Below, in pieces: positions 11,701 to 24,874 of a DNA stretch of 64,000 nucleotides. The DNA comes from Rhizophagus irregularis (Eukaryota): positions 1,736,001-1,800,000 of the forward strand of contig NC_089432.1 of assembly GCF_026210795.1 (NCBI RefSeq), in the 5' to 3' direction. How positions within the stretch are numbered: the first letter of the stretch is position 1; every line of letters begins with the position of its first letter. The translations under genes and the position numbers were made by a program. The notes under the pieces were generated by a model. That model was not told the origin of the DNA and did no database searches. It saw only the letters and a list, made by a program, of their open reading frames with translations.

Positions 11701-14102
11701 TTTAAAACTACGCTTAACTTAAAAACATGTGACCAACAAAGAAACTAATTTTTGACAAAGATAAAATTATCGTGTTTTTGCGCCTGATCTATGCTTACAC
11801 ATGAATTTTAAGTTTTGTAATACCCGTTCAGAAGAATTTCTACGTCCGGTATTAACTGTCGAAAAATATTTTTTAATAAAAAATAGAAATTTATTAAAGC
11901 CATTTTATAATAGCGGCGTCGCATAATTATACAATTTTTGATATGTTGAATTTTCTTATACTTAATTTTAATTCAGGTACTACATTCTAACGCTCACAAA
12001 TGTATAGTTCATATTAGAAACCCGCTCTCGAATAAGATATATGAAATACAGTATATAATTCGATAATTTTTTTTTAATATAATCTATTTGATATTTTTTT
12101 TAATAATCGAAAACTCAGATTTTAAAAATAATAAGGGTTTTAAAGATATACAGTATTTATTTTTTCATGTTAGACTTTAATGCGTCTGTAATTAAATAGA
12201 TATTAATTTTTCAAAAAGAGAAAAAGATAAATAAAAATGGAAAGTGATTTCCTTTTTTATTTGAATTTTTGAGTCAACTTTTCTTTATTACGAAGTAAGA
12301 AAAGAATAAATTAAATATGGCAAGCGATTTCCTTTTCTATCAAAAAATAATTTAAAGAAGGTTAGTTTCATCTATACTAACAAAATAGATAAATTATATT
12401 GATTTTCAATTCGTCATAATATTATTTGTTACGCATTTTAATATTGTTCCATTTTTTTTATTCTAGCAGATATTTTTAGCAGGTATACATGATGATTGAT
12501 AGATTTTGTGCTACTTAAATATGATGAAACGTCCTTTCGGTGAAACATCTCTTCGGCGATGTTTTGATTAATATTTTCAAATCCGGAAATTTTAAATTAA
12601 AAGTCCGCAAACAGAATGGATTAGCTCTGTAATCGTATTCTAATTCAAAATTTTATACAAAAATTTTATCACTTTTTATTCATCTAAAAGATTTCACTAA
12701 TAATTTTATTATTTTCACTATCAACATTCAAAATATTTAACTCTAACGTTAACAACTAGTTACTGTATATTTTTCTATAAAAATATATACTTCAATAATT
12801 ATACTAAATAAATTCGCTTCTCATTTCAACTTTATTCTTTATCATGACAGAAAATAAGTGTTTTCTGATCTTTGTAAAATTACATTTTCTTCTACTTTAT
12901 TAATAAAGGATTTAGCCAGTTGCGTTCTAGTACTATACATTTATTAGGGTATATTGAAATAAATATACTTCATTTTTACAATTGAACATTCAATCATAAA
13001 TGTACAATTTAGCCTATTCTTTTTTTTTGCATAATTTTACAAGGTTTCGCAGTTTTACGTTTACCGATCACCTAATGCTCGTACAATGCAAATAAATCTT
13101 AATAATGCACTATTTTAATTATATTTATTTGCCAAATTTTCTCATGTCGATCTTTATTATTATTATTTTTTTTTAGTTTAAACAAGTTAACGTTAAACAT
13201 GTAATCATAATATTATTAGAACTGTAATATTACTGGTAGATCATGTGATTGTGTATTAAATATTCATGAGATTTATTATGACGATGCAATTTCATTTGGC
13301 TCGCTTCGCCCGCCGGAGTTTTTCTAGCTTAATCATAACTTACATTTTGTTTGCAAAATTTTTTATTTATATTTAACATATCTATAAAAAAAAAGAGAAA
13401 TTACTCTTAACTAGCTATTAAACATAATTTTTTTTATCATTTGATCATTTTCGGTTTATTTTGCTTGTTAATCATTTTTGGCTTAGTTATTTCACTTATT
13501 AATCATTTTAAGCTTAATTATCTGATTGTTGTTTATTTTTGGTTCAAAAAAAAAAAATATGTATCTGAATATGTGATTTTTAAATATCCAATTGTTGATC
13601 ATTTTTTAGCTGACAAAAAAAATCGTTAACGTTATTGTATTGACTTGAAATGACATGTGATTTCCATTTTAAGATGCTGATCCCCGTCTTCGTTATGATT
13701 TGCTGATTACATTATACATTTACACTAAATTCGAATCATTTTAATACGATTGGCAGCCAACAAATCATATAAATCATGAATATAAACATTACAAAATAAA
13801 AATTCTATCAACATTCAAATATAACAATAAATACTTAACCAATAAAAATTCAAAAAAGAATAGTTTAACGACATTACGGACGCAGTACATTTAAAACAAT
13901 TCAAAAATTTATACACTTAAATTAAATATAATACAGCGTCCCTAATTTCGATTAATAATAAATTATAGTTCTATTGTCCTTAATCAATTTAAATTCTATT
14001 GTCTCTAATCGACTAATCAATTGAACAAAGAAATATGCCATAAGTTTTGAAACATACAAATTTACTTATCAATCATAATCTCACTTTTATTACGTAAATT
14101 TC

Positions 14103-14246
14103 ATATACCCAAAAATGATTGATATACCCAAAAATGATCGTTATACCAAAAATGATCGTTATACCAAAAATGATTATTGTACCCAAAAATGATTGTTATA
14201 CCTAAAAATGATTGTTATACCTAAAAATGATCGTTATACCAAAAAT
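14103..14246. repeat. 18-19 bp tandem repeat ataccc?aaaaatgat(c/t)gtt, about 7 copies
   Basis: Directly visible. A single copy (gatatacccaaaaatga) occurs at 528-544, upstream of paralog 1. Confidence 0.9.
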
Positions 14247-15274
14247 TTGTTGCATGTCGATATCAATAAACAAAATTTTAGGATTGGTATACTTTTAACG
14301 AAATACTTATAATAATAAATCCTTCACAGTTCATATATTAATAAATTTATTTTTATAAAATAAAAATATTAACCATGTAATCGAATAAACTGATTTTGTA
14401 TTATACGATATTATTTTAGTTAATATGGCGAAAGTATTATATACCCATTATGGAATTTTTTTTTGTTGAATTCTCATTTGAACTGACAATATTAAATAAT
14501 TCGGCTTTTTTTTAATATTGTTCTATTTTACTCATAGCAGACATTTCTAATTGGAACGAGTCAAATTAAGCCATTCTGCATTTATTATATCTATTTGTAC
14601 CGCCATTTCTGCAAATAAATATAAATTATTATATAGAATAATAAAGTATTGTACACTTATTACTTTCATTGAAATTTTACTTTTAAGGGAACTGCTTAAA
14701 TAAATTCCCGATTGAAATTCTAAGTTTTATGATAATCTTATTTTTTATTATGGGATACATTTTTGTCATTGTTCGCTGATCTGCAGTTGCTGTAAGTGAT
14801 ACACAGAACCAGTTGAACCAGTTTAGCAATTCTAAGATAACATTTTGATATTATCACGAAAATAAAAGTTTATTCACTAATAATTTTATTATTTTCACTA
14901 TCATTTTTATGCGAAAATTTGAAGAATTACTAATTTTATCACGTGATCAAAATATTTGATTGCCTTATCGTTATTCAATTTTTATTTCTCCCGATGACAA
15001 TTAATTTGTCCCTATTCATTTAAGTGAAACAATTAAGGAGTTAAATTATTACACACGTTTATTTTTATTTTTATTAGGTAAGAGGACAAAGGGGTAATAT
15101 TTGTGATAAGATTCATATCATTTAGATTACCAAATTTAGGATTTTACAAAGTCAGTCTTGTGCAGACGCTGCAGATATTTAACCTTATAAATAAATTAAA
15201 GTGGGCATATGTGAAAAATAAATTTCTTCGTGAAATTTTTTTTTAAAAAATTCTTTTTTCACATCTTGAAAAAC

Positions 15275-18200
15275 ATGTCCCACAAAATTATTGTAATCGA
15301 CAAAGAAGAAAAAGAATACTTAGATAAAAGTCAATATGACGATAAATACGATAAAATTCAATATGACGATGAATACGATAAAATTCAATATGACGATGAA
15401 TACATCGTTGTAAAAGATTACGTTGACTTCAAAAATGAAGACACTCTTGTGGCCGTTAGTCCGGATGGTTCGATTGTAGCAACGTTTAATTCAGGTAAAT
15501 TTATATTGTGTTTATGTACGCGTTAGCCTTTAATATGATTATTTTAATGAATTATAATAGCCTTTACCGCATATTTTCGTAATCATATCTTGTTTCGCTC
15601 AGAAAAATAAAAAAAAAGATAAATAAAAATAAAATAATGCAAAATTAAATTAAACTTATTTTATTTCAGATAGTTCTCGTATAACAATTACAAACGTGGC
15701 GATAAATAAAAAGGCAAAAATATCTTTTGATAGGAAGAAACTCTCTGACGATAACGTTAATTTTCTTGGATGGTCATTAGCAGTTTCGGATATCATTGAC
15801 AATAACATCGTCTTTGTTGCAATTTCTTGCATAACTGAAGAAGACATGAATCCAAAAGAAGTTAATGAATTTCGAATGGCGTTTTTTCAAATAAAACAAT
15901 TACGAGAACATATTTTTGCATTATTCAACCGTTATTTTATTGTCCTTTTCTTGCTCATTTTTGTTATTTTTTTCTTTCTTCCTATCCTTTTAAGTGTATT
16001 CATTCTCTGCCTTCTTGTTTTACTGTATTTATATAATTTCTTTCGTTTCCATGCGTCTTACTCTAGTGATGATGATATTGAACAATTTAAATTATCCTGG
16101 ATTTCTAGCAAGGGAACGATACAACTATATAAATTCGAACTTAATGATTCCACTAACCTCTCTGATGCTCAAATATCTCCAATACACAAGAGCAAGCTTG
16201 GTGGAGTAATTGGCTTTTTAAAAACTTCTAAAACTTCAAAGAATAATGTAACACTCGTTTGCACGAATTATATCGGAATACATAAGATTAATATTAGACT
16301 AAGTGGAAAAAATGTTAAATCTGTTGTTAGCTATTTATTGCCTGGAATTATATATAAGATTATTATTAGACTAAGTGGAAAAAAAGTTGAATCTAGCTAT
16401 TTATTGCCCGAAATTTTATATAAAAAACTAAAAAATGTTAAAGATGCAACTCATAATTTGGAATATCTTTCAAAATCTAGATATCAGGAATTTTTAATGG
16501 TTGATGTAAATAATCATCAAGCAGTGCAAAATATTGAAATTTATGATATCAATACTTTACAGTTGGTGAACGTTTTTTATAAATATCAAGATTCTTTGAT
16601 TACCAAGAACAATAAACCTGGAATTTTTGCAATATCAACTGATTCAAGATTACTTGCTTATTCTTATGGAAATAATACCATTGCAATTTATTTAATGGAA
16701 AATGGTCTTGAGGTTGTTTTAAAAAAATTTGATAATATTTTTAAAATTAAATTTTTAAAATTTATTAAAGATGAAAAATTGTTCATTATTGAAAAAAAAA
16801 GAGAAGGTGGCGAGAAGTTACACGTTTGGGTTATATCAGGATGCTTAAATGATTATTTTTCATCCCCTATTCCATTATATAGTAGTTTTGCATTATTGAA
16901 ACATGAGTATAATTCAGTAATTTTTCTTAAAGTTGAGGATGATGACGATAAGAGCCAGTTTAAAAATTTATGCGAGAAACTTATAAAAATGCCCACATCT
17001 TTTGGAGATAAGGATTTTGTAACTGAATATAAAAAATGTATACCTGATATGGAACCATGGATTGAAAATACCTATACACCTGATACGGAACCATGGACAC
17101 GTGGATTTCTTAACAATGACAAGAAATTCCTTCTTATAATCGGTCAAAAGAGTATTCAGCTTTGGAAATCTAAATCACAAAATTTTAAAGATTCCGAAGA
17201 TTTTAAAAGTTTTGAAAATTCGGACCTCGTTTATATTTTCATCAGCAAGACTTCATTCAAAAGCAGGCCTAAATTTCAAATTAAGAATGACATGACAACT
17301 GTCATAATTGACGCATGTAAATCACTGGCTTATCTATATACATTAAATAATACTAATTTTGAAGACAAGTGTCAAAAGTATGTCAGTGGAATCACAAATA
17401 TTATTAGAGACTTCATCAAAAAATATCCTAATAATTGGAAACTTATGGAAGTTCAATACCCTTTAATGGCATATCTAATTATTTCGCGTTCATTTTCTTT
17501 AATAAAATGCATTCTGTTTGGAGACAATAGTCAAAAGAAGAATGCTAGTTCGCTACATAAACCACAAAGCAAATGTGTTTCAGATTATGATATTGATTTG
17601 GATTTGAATTTAAATGATTTGAAATTAAATAATTTGGACTCAAATGATTTGGATTTAGAAAATTTTAATAATTTGAAATTAGGAAAATTGGATTTAAATA
17701 AATTGAAATTAAATGATTTGAAGTTAGATAATTCGAAATCAGCTTTGAAATTTAAGATATTGGAATTAAGTAAGAAGAAATTAAATGATTTGAATTTAGA
17801 AGATTTGAATTTAGAAGATTTGAAAAAGTTGAATTATTTGGATTTAATTGATTCGGAATTAGCTTCGAAATTAAATAATTTGAAAATAAATGATTTGAAA
17901 ATAAGTAATTTGAATTTAAATGATTCGGAATTAGCTTCGAAATTAAATAATTTGAAATTAATATTAAATGGTTTGAAATCAACTGGTTTGAATTTAAATT
18001 CTTTGAATTTAAATAATTTGGAAGATTTGAATTTAATTGATCCGGAATTAGCTTTGAAATTAAATAATTTGAATTTAAATAATTTGAAATTAAATGATTT
18101 TAATTTAGTTGATTTGAACTTAGATCGGAAATTAAATATTTTGAAATTAAAATTAGATAAGTTGGAATTAAATGATTTTAATTTAAATAGATTGAATGAT

Positions 18201-20484
18201 TTGAATATAATTGATTCGGAATTATATTCGGAATTAAAAGATTTGAAATTAAAAGATTTGAATTTAAATAATTCGAAATTAAATGATTTGTATTTATCTT
18301 TGAAATTAAAATCTTTGAAATTAAATTATTTGGAATTAGCTTTGAAATTAGATCAAGGTTAGTGTTTCCTATTTGTCATTATTCATTAATATTGAATGTA
18401 GTTTAACTTGGATATTTATTATTTATAGATCAAGATGCTGTTATACTGACATATCTTCTAGAGTATTATTCTGAAAATGCTAAGGATCACATTGGTTGGA
18501 TGAATAATGTTAAAGAAATTTTTCCGAAATTACCTGGTAAATTTATTATATACTGATTTTGTTAGTTTTTATTTGTATATTTTTTTAATTGATAATGATT
18601 AATACTCGTATAGAAAATTATTCGGAATTATTATTTTATAAACCTTGTTTTGGGGGAGTGAAATTCAACTTTTTAAATAAAAGATTTAAAACATCATATG
18701 ATTCATTAAAATTTAAAGTACATTTGCCAGTTACACGGCTTATAGAAGCGAAATCTGCAAGTTTTCTTCAATACGAAGTAATTAGGTAAGTAATAATTTA
18801 AAATGTTTAAAATTTTAAATCCATTATTAAAATTTTTAATTTTAAAAATAAAATATAGGAATGAAGAATTATCAAATATTTATATTGTACCATTTCTTTT
18901 TAAAGAGACAACGCATGATTCAAAAGATGAAGACAAACGAATAATCAGAATAATTAAAAAATCTTTTCGTTTATTGTTAAGATTATTACTTCTACGGGGA
19001 TACAGTTACAAAGAATCTAGCCAATTTTTCTCATTTCTTCAAAAAAATCAACATAAGGGCAACCGGGAATATTTTAATGCTCCAATAGTCGAAGCATTTA
19101 TAACTTCAAAATGGTTGCAGGCAAGAAATCATTGGGGGATACGTTTAATGTTTTATACTACATTTTTATTCTTATTTTCATTCCTTTCTCAACTTTTCTT
19201 AAGTGATAATGATTATCAAAATAAGCACAATGCTACGTTTATGACAGTGGTTGGAATATTTTATTATGTTGGAACGTATTTATTAATAATTGAGTTTATG
19301 CAAATATATAGGTATAGATTAAATTACTGTAGAAATGTATTTAATATATTTGATCTATGCAGTATCGTGTTGGGAATAAGTGTTTTCACTCTGATATTTG
19401 TAAAATCATTTAATGAAACTAGTGGAATTAATCATAAATATATTGTTGTCTTATTAACGGTAACTACTCTAATACTTTGGACTGAAATGGTGTGTATAAT
19501 AATCATTATGTAAAATTTTATTTCACTTATAATAATGTTGTTTTAATTATAATTTGTTATTCGTTCTCAAGCTTTTTCGGTTACGATTATTTGCGGAAGT
19601 GGCATTATATATATTTATTTTTGAAAATATTTTAAAAAAGATTATGCCATTTTTTGTGTTTATGGTAATTTTAACAATCGGATTTGGACATTCAATGTAA
19701 TTTTTGTTTTTTTATTTGCATTATAGTATTCAGTTTAAGTAAATTAACTTTTATTTTATTTATTATAATAGGTTTGTTCTTCTTGGACATCCATCACTTC
19801 TTGATTTAATTCCATCAGCTCCAACTTACACATTAGATAATGGAACTACTAATTTTACTTTAACAGGAGAAATTCCAGAAAATCCTTTTAACACAATATG
19901 GGATGCTATACTCTCCGCATACTATTGGAATACAATTGATTTTAGTGATTATGATTATTGGCCATTAAAGTTATTTGCTTTCATAGCAAATGTTATTTTA
20001 GTTCTTGTCTTATTAAATATGATCATTGCATTGATGAAGTAAGTATTACTATCTAATAATTTGAATATAATATTATTATAATATTTTATTTGTCTAACTC
20101 GATTTTACAAAATAATATTTTAGTGATGCATTTACTAAAGCAAAGGAAGATGGTACTGATGGACTTTTGTTATTTAGAACAGATCTTATTCATGATTATG
20201 AGAGTACTCACTTTAGCGAATTACATAATGGTCCATTATATATATGTTTTCATCAAGATTCTGATTTGATAAAATATTGGAAAGAAGCATCTCGTGTAGA
20301 ACCAAAATTATACGAATGGTTTAAAGAGAGTATGGATGAAGAAATAAAATTTTATGATAAAAACATTGAAGATTGGTATAAACTTATCTCAGGTACACCT
20401 TATAATAAATATCGAGATATATCTGAAAATGATATCTGGTTCTTGATGAAAGAAAGTATAAAATTTGATGATGAAAAACATTGA
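15275..20484 (+). CDS. WD40-like/TRP-type cation channel paralog 2 with a Leu/Asn-rich repeat insertion. Exons approx. 15275-15494, 15670-18357, 18430-18536, 18614-18786, 18859-19489, 19572-19696, 19772-20038, 20124-20484
   Basis: The exon 1/2 junction is in frame with the 888-aa ORF. It has the same intron positions and motifs as the paralogs, four TM segments, then RLFAEVALYIFIFENILKKIMPFF...GFGHSM...LLNMIIALMNDAF. Confidence 0.85.
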
Positions 20485-20824
20485 AGGTTGGCATAAACTT
20501 ATCTCAGGTACTGCGCCTTATAATGAAAATCAAGATATATCCGAAGATGATCTCTGGTTTTAGTTCTCTTTTTAAATTTATTTATTTTTGATGTTTAATT
20601 TTAAGATATTTTATTTTAATAAAGATAAATTAACATATAATATATGAATTATTTATAAAGTACTGACATATTATATTATGGTTTATTATTAATTTTAAAT
20701 ACAAATTTTCACTTCAATATTTTATTTAATAATTTTTGACGAAATTTGTAAATAGATATAAAATTTTAAACATGGTATTAATATATTTAATATGTACTAT
20801 ATAATAAATAAATAACTTGGTTAA

Positions 20825-22204
20825 TTAAATCCATTCAAATCCTTCATCAAAATTAACATTATTATTATATATTTTCACTCTCCCTTTCTTTTTATATTTT
20901 ACTATCAAATCTTCAACATTTTTTACTCGACTTAATTGTAATAACATGGGATGTTTACCTTTCCAATTTTCAAAAAATTGTTTTAAAGAACCTAAATTAA
21001 TTGATACATAAGAATAAAATTTAAATTTAAATAAACTATTTGGTGAAGATTCAGTTAATATTTTAAATAAATTATCCCAATCAAATGCTGCTAAACTATC
21101 AATAATAATAAATAATCCATTTAAATAATTACAATTAATTATCAATTTTTCTAATTCTGAAATATTATCATTTAATAGAATTAATTTAAGATATTTAAGA
21201 AAAGGACAATTATTATAAATTGCTTGAATAATTCTATTATTACTATAAACATTACCAAATGTAGAATCAATTTTTATTTCATTAAGAAAACCTCCTGTAC
21301 TTTTAATTAAAATTGTTGAAACTTCGATAGAAACACTTTTAGTTCTTAAAATACGTAAATAAGGTAAAGATAAATTCTCCAAATAATCCAATGTTGTATT
21401 TTGAATATTATCCAATTCTAAAACTTGTAAATTAATGAAAGATGTAAGAATTTTAGTGAAAGGTGATTTATTTATTTTAATATATTCTATAGTATTTGAA
21501 TGATTAATCAATGAATTTTCAAGAATTTCACCAAATGATTTATCATCATAAGTGTATGAAGGATAAATTAAATTGATATTTAATAAATTTTTTTGGGATT
21601 TAATTAATTTAATAATTCCATTATTATTATTATTATCTTCACCAACAATAAGTTCCAATTCTTCAATAGATTTACATATTTTCATTATTCCAATTAAAAT
21701 ATTATTATTTACACAAGTACTACAACTAAGAAATTTAATATCTGAAAAATGATCTTTTGCTTTAGGAATAAGATGTAATTGAAAATCAAATTTATAAGGT
21801 ATAGAAATATGAGTAAATTTAGTATTTCTTTTAATAAAAAGGGTAATAATTTCTTTCTTAATACTTTTCATTTCAGATTCAATATCAATAATACTGATTA
21901 TTTTTTGAATATTACTTAAATTTAAATGTTTACAAAAAATAATATAATTAAATAAAGGTTTTTGATATATAATATTGGGTTTTAAACTAATTTTTGATTT
22001 ATTTGATAAATGTGAAATAATTATATTTGATAATAATTTTTCTTTTTCAATATTTAAATTGTATCCCCAAGGATTTCTCCATAAAATTGGAATAATTGTT
22101 TCACACCAAGTTCTATTAATTAAAAGGCATGAATGAAGAGTTCTTTTATCATATTGTAACTCTTCGAATATTAAATAAAGAACATCCCTATCTAACTTGG
22201 GCAT
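20825..22204 (-). CDS. F-box / RNI-like leucine-rich-repeat protein (459 aa, intronless)
   Basis: N-terminal F-box LDRDVLYLIFEELQYDKRTLHSCLLINRTWCETIIPILWRNPW, then PLFNY..FC, LRR-like LxxLxL units, and C-terminal LKQFFENWKG. Confidence 0.9.
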   Translation of the reverse strand: MPKLDRDVLYLIFEELQYDKRTLHSCLLINRTWCETIIPILWRNPWGYNLNIEKEKLLSNIIISHLSNKSKISLKPNIIYQKPLFNYIIFCKHLNLSNIQKIISIIDIESEMKSIKKEIITLFIKRNTKFTHISIPYKFDFQLHLIPKAKDHFSDIKFLSCSTCVNNNILIGIMKICKSIEELELIVGEDNNNNNGIIKLIKSQKNLLNINLIYPSYTYDDKSFGEILENSLINHSNTIEYIKINKSPFTKILTSFINLQVLELDNIQNTTLDYLENLSLPYLRILRTKSVSIEVSTILIKSTGGFLNEIKIDSTFGNVYSNNRIIQAIYNNCPFLKYLKLILLNDNISELEKLIINCNYLNGLFIIIDSLAAFDWDNLFKILTESSPNSLFKFKFYSYVSINLGSLKQFFENWKGKHPMLLQLSRVKNVEDLIVKYKKKGRVKIYNNNVNFDEGFEWI

Positions 22205-24874
22205 TTTGAGAAGGAAGTTTTAAAAGACAGACGACGGGTCGAAACAATCGACACAAATATTTATTAATGTATGTTACACGACGTATCATATCTGTAATGT
22301 TTGTAGTAAATGAAGTCACAAGTTCTGATGATCATTCGTATGTTGATCCAAGGACCTTTTATATACATCAAGGTGCTGTTCTTGATAGATAATTATGGTA
22401 TATCGCTCAAATTATGAAAACACAAACAATCATATTCCCATAGAACATTGAAAATTGCCTTGTTAAAAGGCATTATTAAAAGTAAATAACAGAACAATAT
22501 ATCGATTGCTTTGCGCTAGCCGCAAATTCAAATACGGGCCTGATAAGCCTGAATTAAAAATTAAAAAAAGTTCATAAAGCTCATCCGTGTAAATTAGGTG
22601 AATACACTTTTAGCTATATATAGCATTCACTATTAAAGGTTAAAGGTTAAATCATTATTATAAATAATCGTAATTATACTATTTTCACCGTTTGAAAATG
22701 TCTTATGTTGCTGCTATCGTAAATTTGAACCAAAAAAAAAAAAAATTAAAGAAATTGTTCTTTACAACGAAGACGCGAAATTCAAAATATTAACCATGTC
22801 TTCAATTAATTTGTTAAATTTTCAATTTATTTATTATTGGGGTATCAAACTATTTTTAAAAAAGCGAGGAAAAAATAGTTAAATATTATACCATTTATTA
22901 CATTTAAGCTCATTTTATTTAACGATCGGACCTGGTAATTTTTTGGACCCTAGTATAATAGATAATTAGAGATCGGCACTCATTTACTAGCTCTATGTAA
23001 CTTTTCAGGGCTGGATTTACGTAATGCCGCCTGGGAGTATCTAAAAAGGAAAGATCGACTTTTTGTTTTTATACGCAAAAAAATCATTTCATGTAGTATT
23101 ATTTGGCGATGTTATTTAAAAATGATAATTGAATTGATGGGTATATAATGTATTCATATATATATAATATTTACCAACAAATTTTATAAAATAAAACAAT
23201 TAGTTTAGTGAAATACTGTAATTATTTGACTTTTATGTATAAAGAACTTATTGAAGGATTTGATATTCCCTCTCGCCATATAAAATAATTAACCAGACCA
23301 TTGGTCCAAATAATCATTGTTCCTCATTTTTGAGGTATTTTCATAAGCATCTTTGGATCTGAAAAATAACTATTATCGTCCAGATTCATATTCTAGACTA
23401 TAATAATTATATGTATAAATTAATATAATTTGTTTCTCAAAATCTTTTTTGATACATTTTTATGTACAATAAGTATAATGGCAACGTTACACTTGATCAT
23501 ATGGTACTATGACACTATTTATTTATTTACGGTATTTTTTATTTTGACGTATTGTGTATGCGTAGTAAGCGCAGCGTGTATCTTTTTTTTTTTAATAAAA
23601 ATGTTTGGAATTTACTATACTTACAGTATATAATGAGTTTATATATAATGCTGGTCGTAAGTTATAGATTTAATTGTTATAATTTATTTTTTTGGCGTCT
23701 AAATTATTTAAACCATTTAAATTATCAAATTTCAATGTCGAGAAAAATCCGTCTTAATATTATAAATTTATTTTTTTTGGATGAAAGTAATTTTTTTTAG
23801 TAAAAATAGTTACCATTTTTTTCCTAGAGGCGGTTTAAAAATTTATTTATTTTTTTTTAACTTTGGAAGGTAATTTAGAACTATCAAGGTATTGAAAGTC
23901 ACATTATAAGAATAAACAGCAAATCATAATTGCGGATTAGAAAAAGGTATTAGCAAATTTTTCTATTATAATATTCCGTAAAATATGTATGACAAATATT
24001 AATCATTGTAGACTATTACGTATAAAGCAACATGTGATGATCATTATTAAAGCATGACCTTCAAGACGTAATAATTTCAAACACAAAATTAACGGTAATA
24101 TCCGATGATCAGACTTTTGTAACATAACAGAGCCTGAGTAATACATAATCAGCCAACAAAGATCAGCACTTAGCAGTTAAATTTTTTTTAAGAAATAAAT
24201 AATTAAGTTTATTTTTAGGATAATTCAGACTATAATATGGTTATTATAACTAAAAATATTATTCATTTAGAGAAATAATTTTTTTTTACCTGCACTATTA
24301 CCTTTTTATGCATTGTTCGGTCTGGTTAAGCGCCCATATATAGTACGACTTAGAACTTCGGTTTTAAAGATATAGTAGGAGGTAGGACTCATGAAAGGTA
24401 CAAATTAACCCTAATTATGCATATTTACGACCGAGAAAAAATTATTTATTATTATTTAACCCAGAATTTTGATATTGGATGGCACTTTTTTGAAACCTGA
24501 ATGAAATCAATGAATTCTTCCGGTCCGGAAAAGATCGGCACATGTTAATTGCATGGAATATTCTATTTCAAAATCCTTATTGTTTACTTATTTTAGCTAG
24601 AAACCATACTATAAACGACTATCAACAATTTGATGGCACATGACGTAAGCATGACCAAAAATATTAATACTAAATAACCGGCACAGCCGTGGTACATACC
24701 TTTCCTTAATTTGTAACTTAAATGAACTGGACTTTAAAATAAAAAAGTATTAATCTTGAATCTTAATATTATTAAAGGTGAATATATCTTTATCAGAACC
24801 CGTAAGTGAACTGTAAAAAAAAATATTTTTTTTTTTGAAATATTTTTTTTTCGTTTTATACAAAAAGAGATAAT

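Noticed and set aside
13297..13327. Helitron-like 3' end (ggctcgcttcgcccgcc...ctag); similar at ~56024-56050
   Set aside because: No matching 5' end was identified, and the hairpins are imperfect.
14103..14246. CRISPR-like array
   Set aside because: The repeats are directly tandem with no unique spacers, the context is eukaryotic, and there are no cas genes.
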